Shown piece after piece: positions 26,401-41,600 of a DNA stretch of 64,000 nucleotides; the stretch's first letter is position 1, and every line of letters starts with the position of its first letter. The translations under genes and the position numbers were made by a program. The stretch comes from Eledone cirrhosa. Its lineage: Eukaryota. The stretch covers positions 369,458,001 to 369,522,000 of the forward strand of contig OZ024742.1 of the NCBI GenBank assembly GCA_964016885.1, given 5' to 3'. The notes beneath the pieces are model-generated. The model was not told the DNA's origin and ran no database searches. It saw only the letters and a program-made list of their open reading frames with translations.

Positions 26401-29400
26401 GCTACTCTAAAGATGTCATGTTCAGATGTTGTATGATAACCATATTATATCTGTTGGCAAGTGATGTCTGGTCTATATACAGTGTTATGAGCAACTGTAC
26501 AGATGTCATGTTCAAAAGTTGTATGATCACCATGTTATATCTGTTGGCCAGTGATATCTGGTCTATATCCAGTGTTATGAGCAACTGTACAGATCTCATG
26601 TTCAAATGTTGTATGATCACCATATTATATCTGTTGGCCAGTGATGTCTGGTCTATTTACAGTGTTATGAGCAACTCTACAGATCTCATGTTCAAATGTT
26701 GTATGATCACCATATTATATCTGTTGGCCAGTGATGTCTGGTCTATATACAGTGTTATGAGCAACTCTACAGATGTCATGTTCAAATGTTGTATGATCAC
26801 CATATTATATCTGTTGGCCAGTGATGTCTGGTCTATATACAGTGATATGAGCAACTCTAAAGACCTCATGTTCAATTGTTATATGATCACCATATTATAT
26901 CTGTTGGCCAGTGATGTCTGGTCTATATACAGTGTTATGAGCAACTCTACAGATGTCATGTTCAAATGTTGTATGATCACCATATTATATCTGTTGACCA
27001 GTGATGTCTGGTCTATATACAGTGATATGAGCAACTCTACAGATGTCATGTTCAAATGTTGTATGATCACCATATTATATCTGTTGGCCAGTGATGTCTG
27101 GTCTATATACAGTGTTATGAGCAACTGTACAGATGTCATGTTCGAATGTTGTATGATAACCATATTATATCTGTTGGCCAGTGATGTCTGGTCTATATAC
27201 AGTGTTATGAGCAACTCTACAGATCTCATGTTCAAATGTTGTATGATCACCATATTATATCTGTTGGCCAGTGATGTCTGGTCTATATACAGTGTTATGA
27301 ACAACTCTACAGATCTCTTGTTCAAATGTTGTATGATCACCATATTATATCTGTTGGCCAGTGATGTCTGGTCTATATACAGTGTTATGAGCAACTCTAC
27401 AGATCGCATGTTCAAATGTTGAATGATCACCATATTATATCTGTTGGCCAGTGATGTCTGGTCTATATACAGTGTTATGAGCAACTGTACAGATGTCATG
27501 TTCAAATGGTGTATGATCACCATATTATATCTGTTGGCCAGTGATCTCTGGTCTATATACAGTGTTATGAGCAACACTACAGATCTCATGTTCAAATGTT
27601 GTATGATCACCATATTATATCTGTTGGCCAGTGATGTCTGGTCTATATACAGTGTTATGAGCAACTCTACAGATATCTTGTTCAAATGTTGTATGATCAC
27701 CTTATTATATCTGTTGGCCAGTGATGTTTGGTCTATATACAGTGTTATGAGCAACTCTACAGATCTCATGTTCAAATGTTGTATGATCACCATATTATAT
27801 CTGTTGGCCAGTGATGTCTGGTCTATATACAGTGTTATGAGCAACTCTACAGATATCTTGTTCAAATGTTGTATGATCACCATATTATATCTGTTGGCCA
27901 GTGATGTTTGGTCTATATACAGTGTTATGAGCAACTCTACAGATCTCATGTTCAAATGTTGTATGATCATCATATTATATCTGTTGGCCAGTGATGTCTG
28001 GTCTATATACAGTGTTATGAGCAACTCTACAGATATCTTGTTCAAATGTTGTATGATCACCATATTATATCTGTTGGCCAGTGATGTTTGGTCTATATAC
28101 AGTGTTATGAGCAACTGTACATATGTCATGTTCAAATGTTGTATGATCACCATATTATATCTGTTGGCCAGTGATGTCTGGTCTACATACAATGTTATGA
28201 GCAACTGTACAGATGTCATGTTCAAATGTTGTATGATCACCATATTATATCTGTTGGCCAGTGATATCTGGTCTATATACAGTGATATGAGCAACTCTAC
28301 AGATGTCATGTTCAAATGTTGTATGATCGCAATATTATATCTGTTGGCCAGTGATGTCTGGTCTATATACAGTGTTATGAGCAACTCTACAGATGTCATG
28401 TTCAAATGTTGTATGATCACCATATTATATCTGTTGACCAGTGATGTCTGGTCTATATACAGTGATATGAGCAACTCTACAGATGTCATGTTCAAATGTT
28501 GTATGATCACCATATTATATCTGTTGGCCAGTGATGTCTGGTCTATATACAGTGTTATGAGCAACTCTAAAGACCTCATGTTCAAATGTTATATGATCAC
28601 CATATTATATCTGTTGGCCAGTGATGTCTGGTCTATATACAGTGTTATGAGCAACTGTACAGATGTCATGTTCAAATGTTGTATGATCACCATATTATAT
28701 CTGTTGGCCAGTATGTCTGGTCTATATACAGTGTTATGAGCAACTCTACAGATCTCATGTTCAAATGTTGTATGAAAACCATATTATATCTGTTGGCCAG
28801 TGATGTCTGGTCTATATACAGTGTTATGAGCAACTGTACAAATGTCATGTTCAAATGTTGTATGATCACCATATTATATCTCTTGGCCAGTGATGTTTGG
28901 TCTATATACAGTGTTATTAGCAACTGTACAGATGTCATGTTCAAATGTTGTATGATCACCATATTATATCTGTTGGCCAGTGATGACTGGTCTATATACA
29001 GTGTTATGAGCAACTCTACAGATCTCATTTTCAAATGTTGTATGATCACCATATTATGTCTGTTGGCCAGTGATGTCTGGTCTATATACAGTGTTATGAG
29101 CAACTCTACAGATGTCATGTTCAAATGTTGTATGATCACCATAATATATATATTGGCCAGTGATGTCTGGTCTATATACAGTGTTATGAGCAACTCTACA
29201 GATCGCATGTTCAAATGTTGTATGATCACCATATTATATCTGTTGGCCAGTGATGTCTGGTCTATATACAGTGTTATGAGCAACTCTACAGATGTCATGT
29301 TCAAATGTTGTATGATCACCATAATATATATATTGGCCAGTGATGTCTGGTCTATATACAGTGTTATGAGCAACTCTACAGATCTCATGTTCAATTGTTG

Positions 29401-32400
29401 TATGATCACCATATTATATCTGTTGGCCAGTGATGTCTGGTCTATATACAGTGTTATGAGCAACTCTACAGATCTCATGTTCAATTGTTGTATGATCACC
29501 ATATTATATCTGTTGGCCAGTGATGTCTGGTCTATATACAGTGTTATGAGCAACTGTACAGATGTCATGTTCAAATGTTGTATGATCACCATATTATATC
29601 TGTTGGCCAGTGATGTCTGGTTTATATACAGTGTTATGAACAACTCTACAGATCTCTTGTTCAAATGTTGTATGATCACCATATTATATCTGTTGGCCAG
29701 TGATGTCTGGTCTATATACAGTGTTATGAGCAACTGTACAGATGTCATGTTCAAATGTTGTATGATCACCATATTATATCTGTTGGCCAGTGATGTCTGG
29801 TCTATATACAGTGTTATGAGCAACTGTACAGATGTCATGTTCAAATGTTGTATGATCACCATATTATATCTGTTGGCCAGTGATGTCTGGTCTATATACA
29901 GTGTTATGAGCAACTCTAAAGATGTCATGTTCAAATGTTGTATGATCACCATATTATATCTGTTGGCCAGTGATGTCTGGTCTATATACAGTGTTATGAG
30001 CAACTGTACAGATGTCATGTTCAAATCTTGTATGGTCACCATATTATATCTGTTGGCCAGTGATGTCTGGTCTATATAAAGTGTTATGAGCAACTGTACA
30101 GATGTCATGTTCAAATGCTGTATGATCACCATATCATATCTGTTGGCCAGTGATGTCTGGTCTATATACAGTGATATGAGCAACTGTACAGATGTCATGT
30201 TTAAATGTTGTATGATCACCATATTATATCTGTTGGCCAGTGATGTCTGGTCTATATACAGTGTTATGAGCAACTGTACAGATGTCATGTTCAAATGTTG
30301 TATGATCGCAATATTATATCTGTTGGCCAGTGATGTCTGGTCTATATACAGTGATATGAGCAACTCTACAGATGTCATGTTCAAATGTTGTATGATCACC
30401 ATATTATATCTGTTGGCCAGTGATGTCTGGTCTATATACAGTGTTATGAGCAACTGTACAGATGTCATGTTCAGATGTTGTATGATCACCATATTATATC
30501 TGTTGGCCAGTGATGTCTGGTCTATATACAGTGTTATGAGCAACTGTACAGATGTCATGTTCAGATGTTGTATGATCACCATATTATATCTGTTGGCCAG
30601 TGATGTCTGGTCCATATACAGTGTTATGAGCAACTCTAAAGATGTCATGTTCAAATGTTGTATGATCACCATATTATATCTGTTGGCCAGTGATGTCTGG
30701 TCTATATACAGTGTTATGAGCAACTCTACAGATCTCTTGTTCAAATGTTGTATGATCACCATATTATATCTGTTGGCCAGTGATGTCTGGTCTATATACA
30801 GTAATATGAGCAACTCTACAGATGTCATGTTCAAATGTTGTATGATCACCATATTATATCTGTTGGCCAGTGATGTCTGGTCTATATACAGTGATATGAG
30901 CAACTGTACAGAATATCTTGTTCAAATGTTGTATGATCACCATATTATATCTGTTGGCCAGTGATGTCTGGTCTATATACAGTGTTATGAGCAACTGTAC
31001 AGATGTCATGTTCAAATGTTGTATGATCGCAATATTATATCTGTTGGCCAGTGATGTCTGGTCTATATACAGTGTTATGAGCAACTGTACAGATGTCATG
31101 TTCAGATGTTGTATGATCACCATATTATATCTGTTGGCCAGTGATGTCTGGTCTATATACAGTGTTATGAGCAACTGTACAGATGTCATGTTCAAATGTT
31201 GTATGATCACCATATTATATCTGTTGGCCAGTGATATCTGGTCTATATACACTGTTATGAGCAACTGTACAGATGTCATGTTCAAATGTTATATGATCAC
31301 CATATTATATCTGTTGGCCAGTGATATCTGGTCTATATACAGTGTTATGAGCAACTCTACAGATCTCTTGTTCAAATGTTGTATGATCACCATATTATAT
31401 ATGTTGGCCAGTGATGTCTGGTCTATATACAGTGTTATGAGCAACTGTACAGATGTCATGTTCAAATGTTATATGATCACCATATTATATCTGTTGGCCA
31501 GTGATGTCTGGTCTATATACAGTGATATGAGCAACTGTACAGATGTCATGTTCAAATGTTGTATGATCACCATATTATATCTGTTGGCCAGTGATATCTG
31601 GTTTATATACACTGTTATGAGCAACTCTACAGATCTCATGTTCAAATGTTATATGATCACCATATTATATCTGTTGGCCAGTGATATCTGGTCTATATAC
31701 AGTGTTATGAGCAACTGTACAGATGTCATGTTCAGATGTTGTATGATAACCATATTATATCTGTTGGCAAGTGATGTCTGGTCTATATCCAGTGTTATGA
31801 GCAACTGTACAGATCTCATGTTCAAATGTTGTATGATCACCATATTATATCTGTTGGCCAGTGATGTCTGGTCTATATACAGTGTTATGAGCAACTCTAC
31901 AGATGTCATGTTGAAATGTTGTATGATCACCATATTATATCTGTTGGCCAGTGATGTCTGGTCTATATACAGTGATATGAGCAACTCTACAGATGTCATG
32001 TTCAAATGTTGTATGATCACCATATTATATCTGTTGGCCAGTGATGTCTGGTCTATATACAGTGTTATGAACAACTCTACAGATCTCTTGTTCAAATGTT
32101 GTATGATCACCATATTATATCTGTTGGCCAGTGATGTCTGGTCTATATACAGTGTTATGAGCAACTCTACAGATGTCATGTTGAAATGTTGTATGATCAC
32201 CATATTATATCTGTTGGCCAGTGATATCTGGTCTATATACAGTGATATGAGCAACTGTACAGATGTCATGTTCAAATGTTGTATGATCACCATATTATAT
32301 CTGTTGGCCAGTGATATCTGGTCTATATACAGTGATATGAGCAACTGTACAGATCACTTGTTCAAATGTTGTATGATCACCATATTATATCTGTTGGCCA

Positions 32401-34149
32401 GTGATGTTTGGTCTATATACAGTGTTATGAGCAACTCTAAAGATGTCATGTTCAAATGTTGTATGATCACCATATTATATCTGTTGGCCAGTGATGTCTG
32501 GTCTATATACAGTGATATGAGCAACTGTACAGATGTCATGTTCAAATGTTGTATGATCACCATATTATATCTGTTGGCCAGTGATGTCTGGTCTATATAC
32601 AGTGTTATGAGCAACTGTACAGATCTCATGTTCAAATGTTGTATGATCACCATATTATATCTGTTGGCCAGTGATGCCTGGTCTATATACAGTGTTATGA
32701 GCAACTCTACAGATCTCATGTTCAAATGTTGTATGATCACCATATTATATCTGTTGGCCAGTGATGTCTGGTCTATATACAGTGTTATGAGCAACTGTAC
32801 AGATGTCATGTTCCAATGTTGTATGATCACCATATTATATCTGTTGGCCAGTGATGTCTGGTCTATATACAGTGTTATGAGCAACTGTACAGATGGCATG
32901 TTCAAATGTTGTATGATCGCAATATTATATCTGTTGGCCAGTGATGTCTGGTCTATATACAGTGTTATGAGCAACTCTACAGATGTCATGTTCAAATGTT
33001 GTATGATCACCATATTATATCTGTTGGCCAGTGATGTCTGGTCTATATACAGTGTTATGAGCAACTCTACAGATGTCATGTTCAAATGTTGTATGATCAC
33101 CATAATATATCTGTTGGCCAGTGATGTCTGGTCTATATACACTGTTATGAGCAACTGTACAGATGTCATGTTCAAATGTTATATGATCACCATATTATAT
33201 CTGTTGGCCAGTGATATCTGGTCTATATACAGTGTTATGAGCAACTCTACAGATCTCTTGTTCAAATGTTGTATGATCACCATATTATATATGTTGGCCA
33301 GTGATGTCTGGTCTATATACAGTGTTATGAGCAACTGTACAGATGTCATGTTCAAATGTTGTATGATCACCATATTATATCTGTTGGCCAGTGATGTCTG
33401 GTCTATATACAGTGTTATGAGCTACTCTAAAGATGTCATGTTCAGATGTTGTATGATAACCATATTATATCTGTTGGCAAGTGATGTCTGGTCTATATAC
33501 AGTGTTATGAGCAACTGTACAGATCTCATGTTCAAATGTTGTATGATCACCATATTATATCTGTTGGCCAGTGATGTCTGGTCTATATACAGTGTTATGA
33601 GCAACTGTACAGATGTCATGTTCAAATGTTGTATGATCACCATGTTATATCTGTTGGCCAGTGATATCTGGTCTATATCCAGTGTTATGAGCAACTGTAC
33701 AGATCTCATGTTCAAATGTTGTATGATCACCATATTATATCTGTTGGCCAGTGATGTCTGGTCTATATACAGTGTTATGAGCAACTCTACAGATGTCATG
33801 TTGAAATGTTGTATGATCACCATATTATATCTGTTGGCCAGTGATGTCTGGTCTATATACAGTGATATGAGCAACTCTACAGATGTCATGTTCAAATGTT
33901 GTATGATCACCATATTATATCTGTTGGCCAGTGATGTCTGGTCTATATACAGTGTTATGAACAACTCTACAGATCTCTTGTTCAAATGTTGTATGATCAC
34001 CATATTATATCTGTTGGCCAGTGATGTCTGGTCTATATACAGTGTTATGAGCAACTCTACAGATGTCATGTTGAAATGTTGTATGATCACCATATTATAT
34101 CTGTTGGCCAGTGATATCTGGTCTATATACAGTGATATGAGCAACTGTA

Positions 34150-37100
34150 CAGATGTCATGTTCAAATGTTGTATGATCACCATATTATATCTGTTGGCCA
34201 GTGATGTCTGGTCTATATACAGTGTTATGAGCAACTCTACAGATCTCATGTTCAAATGTTGTATGATCACCATATTATATCTGTTGGCCAGTGATGCCTG
34301 GTCTATATACAGTGTTATGAGCAACTCTACAGATGTCATGTTCAAATGTAGTATGATCACCATATTATATCTGTTGGCCATTGATGTCTGGTCTATATAG
34401 AGTGTTATGAGCAACTGTACAGATGTCATGTTCAAATGTTGTATGATCACCATATTATATCTGTTGGCCAGTGATGTCTGGTCTATATACAGTGTTATGA
34501 ACAACTCTACAGATCTCTTGTTCAAATGTTGTATGATCACCATATTATATCTGTTGGCCAGTGATGTCTGGTCTATATACAGTGTTATGAGCAACTGTAC
34601 AGATCTCATGTTCAAATGTTGTATGATCACCATATTATATCTGTTGGCCAGTGATGTCTGGTCTATATACAGTGTTATGAGCAACTGTACAGATGTCATG
34701 TTCAAATGTTGTATGATCACCATGTTATATCTGTTGGCCAGTGATATCTGGTCTATATCCAGTGTTATGAGCAACTGTACAGATCTCATGTTCAAATGTT
34801 GTATGATCACCATATTATATCTGTTGGCCAGTGATGTCTGGTCTATATACAGTGTTATGAGCAACTGTACAGATGTCATGTTCAAATGTTGTATGATCAC
34901 CATGTTATATCTGTTGGCCAGTGATATCTGGTCTATATCCAGTGTTATGAGCAACTGTACAGATCTCATGTTCAAATGTTGTATGATCACCATATTATAT
35001 CTGTTGGCCAGTGATGTCTGGTCTATATACAGTGTTATGAGCAACTGTACAGATGTCATGTTCAAATGTTGTATGATCACCATGTTATATCTGTTGGCCA
35101 GTGATATCTGGTCTATATCCAGTGTTATGAGCAACTGTACAGATCTCATGTTCAAATGTTGTATGATCACCATATTATATCTGTTGGCCAGTGATGTCTG
35201 GTCTATATACAGTGTTATGAGCAACTGTACAGATGTCATGTTCAAATGTTGTATGATCACCATGTTATATCTGTTGGCCAGTGATATCTGGTCTATATCC
35301 AGTGTTATGAGCAACTGTACAGATCTCATGTTCAAATGTTGTATGATCACCATATTATATCTGTTGGCCAGTGATGTCTGGTCTATATACAGTGTTATGA
35401 GCAACTCTACAGATGTCATGTTGAAATGTTGTATGATCACCATATTATATCTGTTGGCCAGTGATGTCTGGTCTATATACAGTGTTATGAGCAACTCTAC
35501 AGATGTCATGTTGAAATGTTGTATGATCACCATATTATATCTGTTGGCCAGTGATATCTGGTCTATATACAGTGATATGAGCAACTGTACAGATGTCATG
35601 TTCAAATGTTGTATGATCACCATATTATATCTGTTGGCCAGTGATGTCTGGTCTATATACAGTGTTATGAGCAACTGTACAGATGTCATGTTCAAATGTT
35701 GTATGATCACCATATTATATCTGTTGGCCAGTGATATCTGGTCTATATACAGTGATATGAGCAACTGTACAGATGTCATGTTCAAATGTTGTATGATCAC
35801 CATATTATATCTGTTGGCCAGTGATATCTGGTCTATATACAGTGATATGAGCAACTGTACAGATCACTTGTTCAAATGTTGTATGATCACCATATTATAT
35901 CTGTTGGCCAGTGATGTCTGGTCTATATACAGTGATATGAGCAACTCTACAGATGTCATGTTCAAATGTTGTATGATCACCATATTATATCTGTTGGCCA
36001 GTGATGTCTGGTCTATATCCAGTGATATGAGCAACTCTAAAGACCTCATGTTCAATTGTTATATGATCACCATATTATATCTGTTGGCCAGTGACGTCTG
36101 GTCTATATACAGTGTTATGAGCAACTCTACAGATGTCATGTTCAAATGTTGTATGATCACCATATTATATCTGTTGACCAGTGATGTCTGGTCTATATAC
36201 AGTGATATGAGCAACTCTACAGATGTCATGTTCAAATGTTGTATGATCACCATATTATATCTGTTGGCCAGTGATGTCTGGTCTATATACAGTGTTATGA
36301 GCAACTGTACAGATGTCATGTTCGAATGTTGTATGATCACCATATTATATCTGTTGGCCAGTGATGTCTGGTCTATATACAGTGTTATGAGCAACTCTAC
36401 AGATCTCATGTTCAAATGTTGTATGATCACCATATTATATCTGTTGGCCAGTGATGTCTGGTCTATATACAGTGTTATGGGCAACTGTACAGATCTCATG
36501 TTCAAATGTTGTATGATCACCATATTATATCTGTTGGCCAGTAATGTCTGGTCTATATACAGTGTTATGAGCAACTCTACAGATCTCATGTTCAAATGTT
36601 GTATGATCACCATATTATATCTGTTGGCCAGTGATGCCTGGTCTATATACAGTGTAATGAGCAACTCTACAGATGTCATGTTCAAATGTTGTATGATCAC
36701 CATATTATATCTGTTGGCCAGTGATGTCTGGTCTATATACAGTGTTATGAGCAACTCTACAGATCTCATGTTCAAATGTTGTATGATCACCATATTATAT
36801 CTGTTGGCCAGTGATGCCTGGTCTATATACAGTGTTATGAGCAACTCTACAGATGTCATGTTCAAATGTAGTATGATCACCATATTATATCTGTTGGCCA
36901 TTGATGTCTGGTCTATATAGAGTGTTATGAGCAACTGTACAGATGTCATGTTCAAATGTTGTATGATCACCATATTATATCTGTTGGCCAGTGATGTCTG
37001 GTCTATATACAGTGTTATGAACAACTCTACAGATCTCTTGTTCAAATGTTGTATGATCACCATATTATATCTGTTGGCCAGTGATGTCTGGTCTATATAC

Positions 37101-38628
37101 AGTGTTATGAGCAACTGTACAGATCTCATGTTCAAATGTTGTATGATCACCATATTATATCTGTTGGCCAGTGATGTCTGGTCTATATACAGTGTTATGA
37201 GCAACTGTACAGATGTCATGTTCAAATGTTGTATGATCACCATGTTATATCTGTTGGCCAGTGATATCTGGTCTATATCCAGTGTTATGAGCAACTGTAC
37301 AGATCTCATGTTCAAATGTTGTATGATCACCATATTATATCTGTTGGCCAGTGATGTCTGGTCTATATACAGTGTTATGAGCAACTGTACAGATGTCATG
37401 TTCAAATGTTGTATGATCACCATGTTATATCTGTTGGCCAGTGATATCTGGTCTATATCCAGTGTTATGAGCAACTGTACAGATCTCATGTTCAAATGTT
37501 GTATGATCACCATATTATATCTGTTGGCCAGTGATGTCTGGTCTATATACAGTGTTATGAGCAACTGTACAGATGTCATGTTCAAATGTTGTATGATCAC
37601 CATGTTATATCTGTTGGCCAGTGATATCTGGTCTATATCCAGTGTTATGAGCAACTGTACAGATCTCATGTTCAAATGTTGTATGATCACCATATTATAT
37701 CTGTTGGCCAGTGATGTCTGGTCTATATACAGTGTTATGAGCAACTGTACAGATGTCATGTTCAAATGTTGTATGATCACCATGTTATATCTGTTGGCCA
37801 GTGATATCTGGTCTATATCCAGTGTTATGAGCAACTGTACAGATCTCATGTTCAAATGTTGTATGATCACCATATTATATCTGTTGGCCAGTGATGTCTG
37901 GTCTATATACAGTGTTATGAGCAACTCTACAGATGTCATGTTGAAATGTTGTATGATCACCATATTATATCTGTTGGCCAGTGATGTCTGGTCTATATAC
38001 AGTGATATGAGCAACTCTACAGATGTCATGTTCAAATGTTGTATGATCACCATATTATATCTGTTGGCCAGTGATGTCTGGTCTATATACAGTGTTATGA
38101 GCAACTCTACAGATGTCATGTTGAAATGTTGTATGATCACCATATTATATCTGTTGGCCAGTGATGACTGGTCTATATACAGTGTTATGAACAACTCTAC
38201 AGATCTCTTGTTCAAATGTTGTATGATCACCATATTATATCTGTTGGCCAGTGATGTCTGGTCTATATACAGTGTTATGAGCAACTCTACAGATGTCATG
38301 TTGAAATGTTGTATGATCACCATATTATATCTGTTGGCAAGTGATATCTGGTCTATATACAGTGATATGAGCAACTGTACAGATGTCATGTTCAAATGTT
38401 GTATGATCACCATATTGTATCTGTTGGCCAGTGATATCTGGTCTATATAGAGTGATATGAGCAACTCTAAAGATGTCATGTTCAAATGTTGTATGATCAC
38501 CATATTATATCTGTTGGCCAGTGATGTTTGGTCTATATACAGTGTTATGAGCAACTCTAAAGATGTCATGTTCAAATGTTGTATGATCACCATATTATAT
38601 CTGTTGGCCAGTGATGTCTGGTCTATAT
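34150..38628. repeat. Long-range copy of ~13630-18109 (offset 20519 bp = 228 monomers - 1 bp)
   Basis: ORF-track translations 13888-16401 and 34407-36920 look identical. 16408-17931 and 36927-38450 differ by one residue. GATGACTGG occurs at ~17644/38163. Confidence 0.9.
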
Positions 38629-41600
38629 CCAGTGATATGAGCAACTCTAAAGACCTCATGTTCAATTGTTATATGATCACCATATTATATCTGTTGGCCA
38701 GTGACGTCTGGTCTATATACAGTGTTATGAGCAACTCTACAGATGTCATGTTCAAATGTTGTATGATCACCATATTATATCTGTTGACGAGTGATGTCTG
38801 GTCTATATACAGTGATATGAGCAACTCTACAGATGTCATGTTCAAATGTTGTATGATCACCATATTATATCTGTTGGCCAGTAATGTCTGGTCTATATAC
38901 AGTGTTATGAGCAACTCTACAGATCTCATGTTCAAATGTTGTATGATCACCATATTATATCTGTTGGCCAGTGATGCCTGGTCTATATACAGTGTAATGA
39001 GCAACTCTACAGATGTCATGTTCAAATGTTGTATGATCACCATATTATATCTGTTGGCCAGTGATGTCTGGTCTATATACAGTGTTATGAGCAACTCTAC
39101 AGATCTCATGTTCAAATGTTGTATGATCACCATATTATATCTGTTGGCCAGTGATGCCTGGTCTATATACAGTGTTATGAGCAACTCTACAGATGTCATG
39201 TTCAAATGTAGTATGATCACCATATTATATCTGTTGGCCATTGATGTCTGGTCTATATAGAGTGTTATGAGCAACTGTACAGATGTCATGTTCAAATGTT
39301 GTATGATCACCATATTATATCTGTTGGCCAGTGATGTCTGGTCTATATACAGTGTTATGAACAACTCTACAGATCTCTTGTTCAAATGTTGTATGATCAC
39401 CATATTATATCTGTTGGCCAGTGATGTCTGGTCTATATACAGTGTTATGAGCAACTGTACAGATCTCATGTTCAAATGTTGTATGATCACCATATTATAT
39501 CTGTTGGCCAGTGATGTCTGGTCTATATACAGTGTTATGAGCAACTGTACAGATGTCATGTTCAAATGTTGTATGATCACCATGTTATATCTGTTGGCCA
39601 GTGATATCTGGTCTATATCCAGTGTTATGAGCAACTGTACAGATCTCATGTTCAAATGTTGTATGATCACCATATTATATCTGTTGGCCAGTGATGTCTG
39701 GTCTATATACAGTGTTATGAGCAACTGTACAGATGTCATGTTCAAATGTTGTATGATCACCATGTTATATCTGTTGGCCAGTGATATCTGGTCTATATCC
39801 AGTGTTATGAGCAACTGTACAGATCTCATGTTCAAATGTTGTATGATCACCATATTATATCTGTTGGCCAGTGATGTCTGGTCTATATACAGTGTTATGA
39901 GCAACTGTACAGATGTCATGTTCAAATGTTGTATGATCACCATGTTATATCTGTTGGCCAGTGATATCTGGTCTATATCCAGTGTTATGAGCAACTGTAC
40001 AGATCTCATGTTCAAATGTTGTATGATCACCATATTATATCTGTTGGCCAGTGATGTCTGGTCTATATACAGTGTTATGAGCAACTGTACAGATGTCATG
40101 TTCAAATGTTGTATGATCACCATGTTATATCTGTTGGCCAGTGATATCTGGTCTATATCCAGTGTTATGAGCAACTGTACAGATCTCATGTTCAAATGTT
40201 GTATGATCACCATATTATATCTGTTGGCCAGTGATGTCTGGTCTATATACAGTGTTATGAGCAACTCTACAGATGTCATGTTGAAATGTTGTATGATCAC
40301 CATATTATATCTGTTGGCCAGTGATGTCTGGTCTATATACAGTGTTATGAGCAACTCTACAGATGTCATGTTGAAATGTTGTATGATCACCATATTATAT
40401 CTGTTGGCCAGTGATATCTGGTCTATATACAGTGATATGAGCAACTGTACAGATGTCATGTTCAAATGTTGTATGATCACCATATTATATCTGTTGGCCA
40501 GTGATGTCTGGTCTATATACAGTGTTATGAGCAACTGTACAGATGTCATGTTCAAATGTTGTATGATCACCATATTATATCTGTTGGCCAGTGATATCTG
40601 GTCTATATACAGTGATATGAGCAACTGTACAGATGTCATGTTCAAATGTTGTATGATCACCATATTATATCTGTTGGCCAGTGATATCTGGTCTATATAC
40701 AGTGATATGAGCAACTGTACAGATCACTTGTTCAAATGTTGTATGATCACCATATTATATCTGTTGGCCAGTGATGTCTGGTCTATATACAGTGATATGA
40801 GCAACTCTACAGATGTCATGTTCAAATGTTGTATGATCACCATATTATATCTGTTGGCCAGTGATGTCTGGTCTATATCCAGTGATATGAGCAACTCTAA
40901 AGACCTCATGTTCAATTGTTATATGATCACCATATTATATCTGTTGGCCAGTGACGTCTGGTCTATATACAGTGTTATGAGCAACTCTACAGATGTCATG
41001 TTCAAATGTTGTATGATCACCATATTATATCTGTTGACCAGTGATGTCTGGTCTATATACAGTGATATGAGCAACTCTACAGATGTCATGTTCAAATGTT
41101 GTATGATCACCATATTATATCTGTTGGCCAGTGATGTCTGGTCTATATACAGTGTTATGAGCAACTGTACAGATGTCATGTTCGAATGTTGTATGATCAC
41201 CATATTATATCTGTTGGCCAGTGATGTCTGGTCTATATACAGTGTTATGAGCAACTCTACAGATCTCATGTTCAAATGTTGTATGATCACCATATTATAT
41301 CTGTTGGCCAGTGATGTCTGGTCTATATACAGTGTTATGGGCAACTGTACAGATCTCATGTTCAAATGTTGTATGATCACCATATTATATCTGTTGGCCA
41401 GTAATGTCTGGTCTATATACAGTGTTATGAGCAACTCTACAGATCTCATGTTCAAATGTTGTATGATCACCATATTATATCTGTTGGCCAGTGATGCCTG
41501 GTCTATATACAGTGTAATGAGCAACTCTACAGATGTCATGTTCAAATGTTGTATGATCACCATATTATATCTGTTGGCCAGTGATGTCTGGTCTATATAC

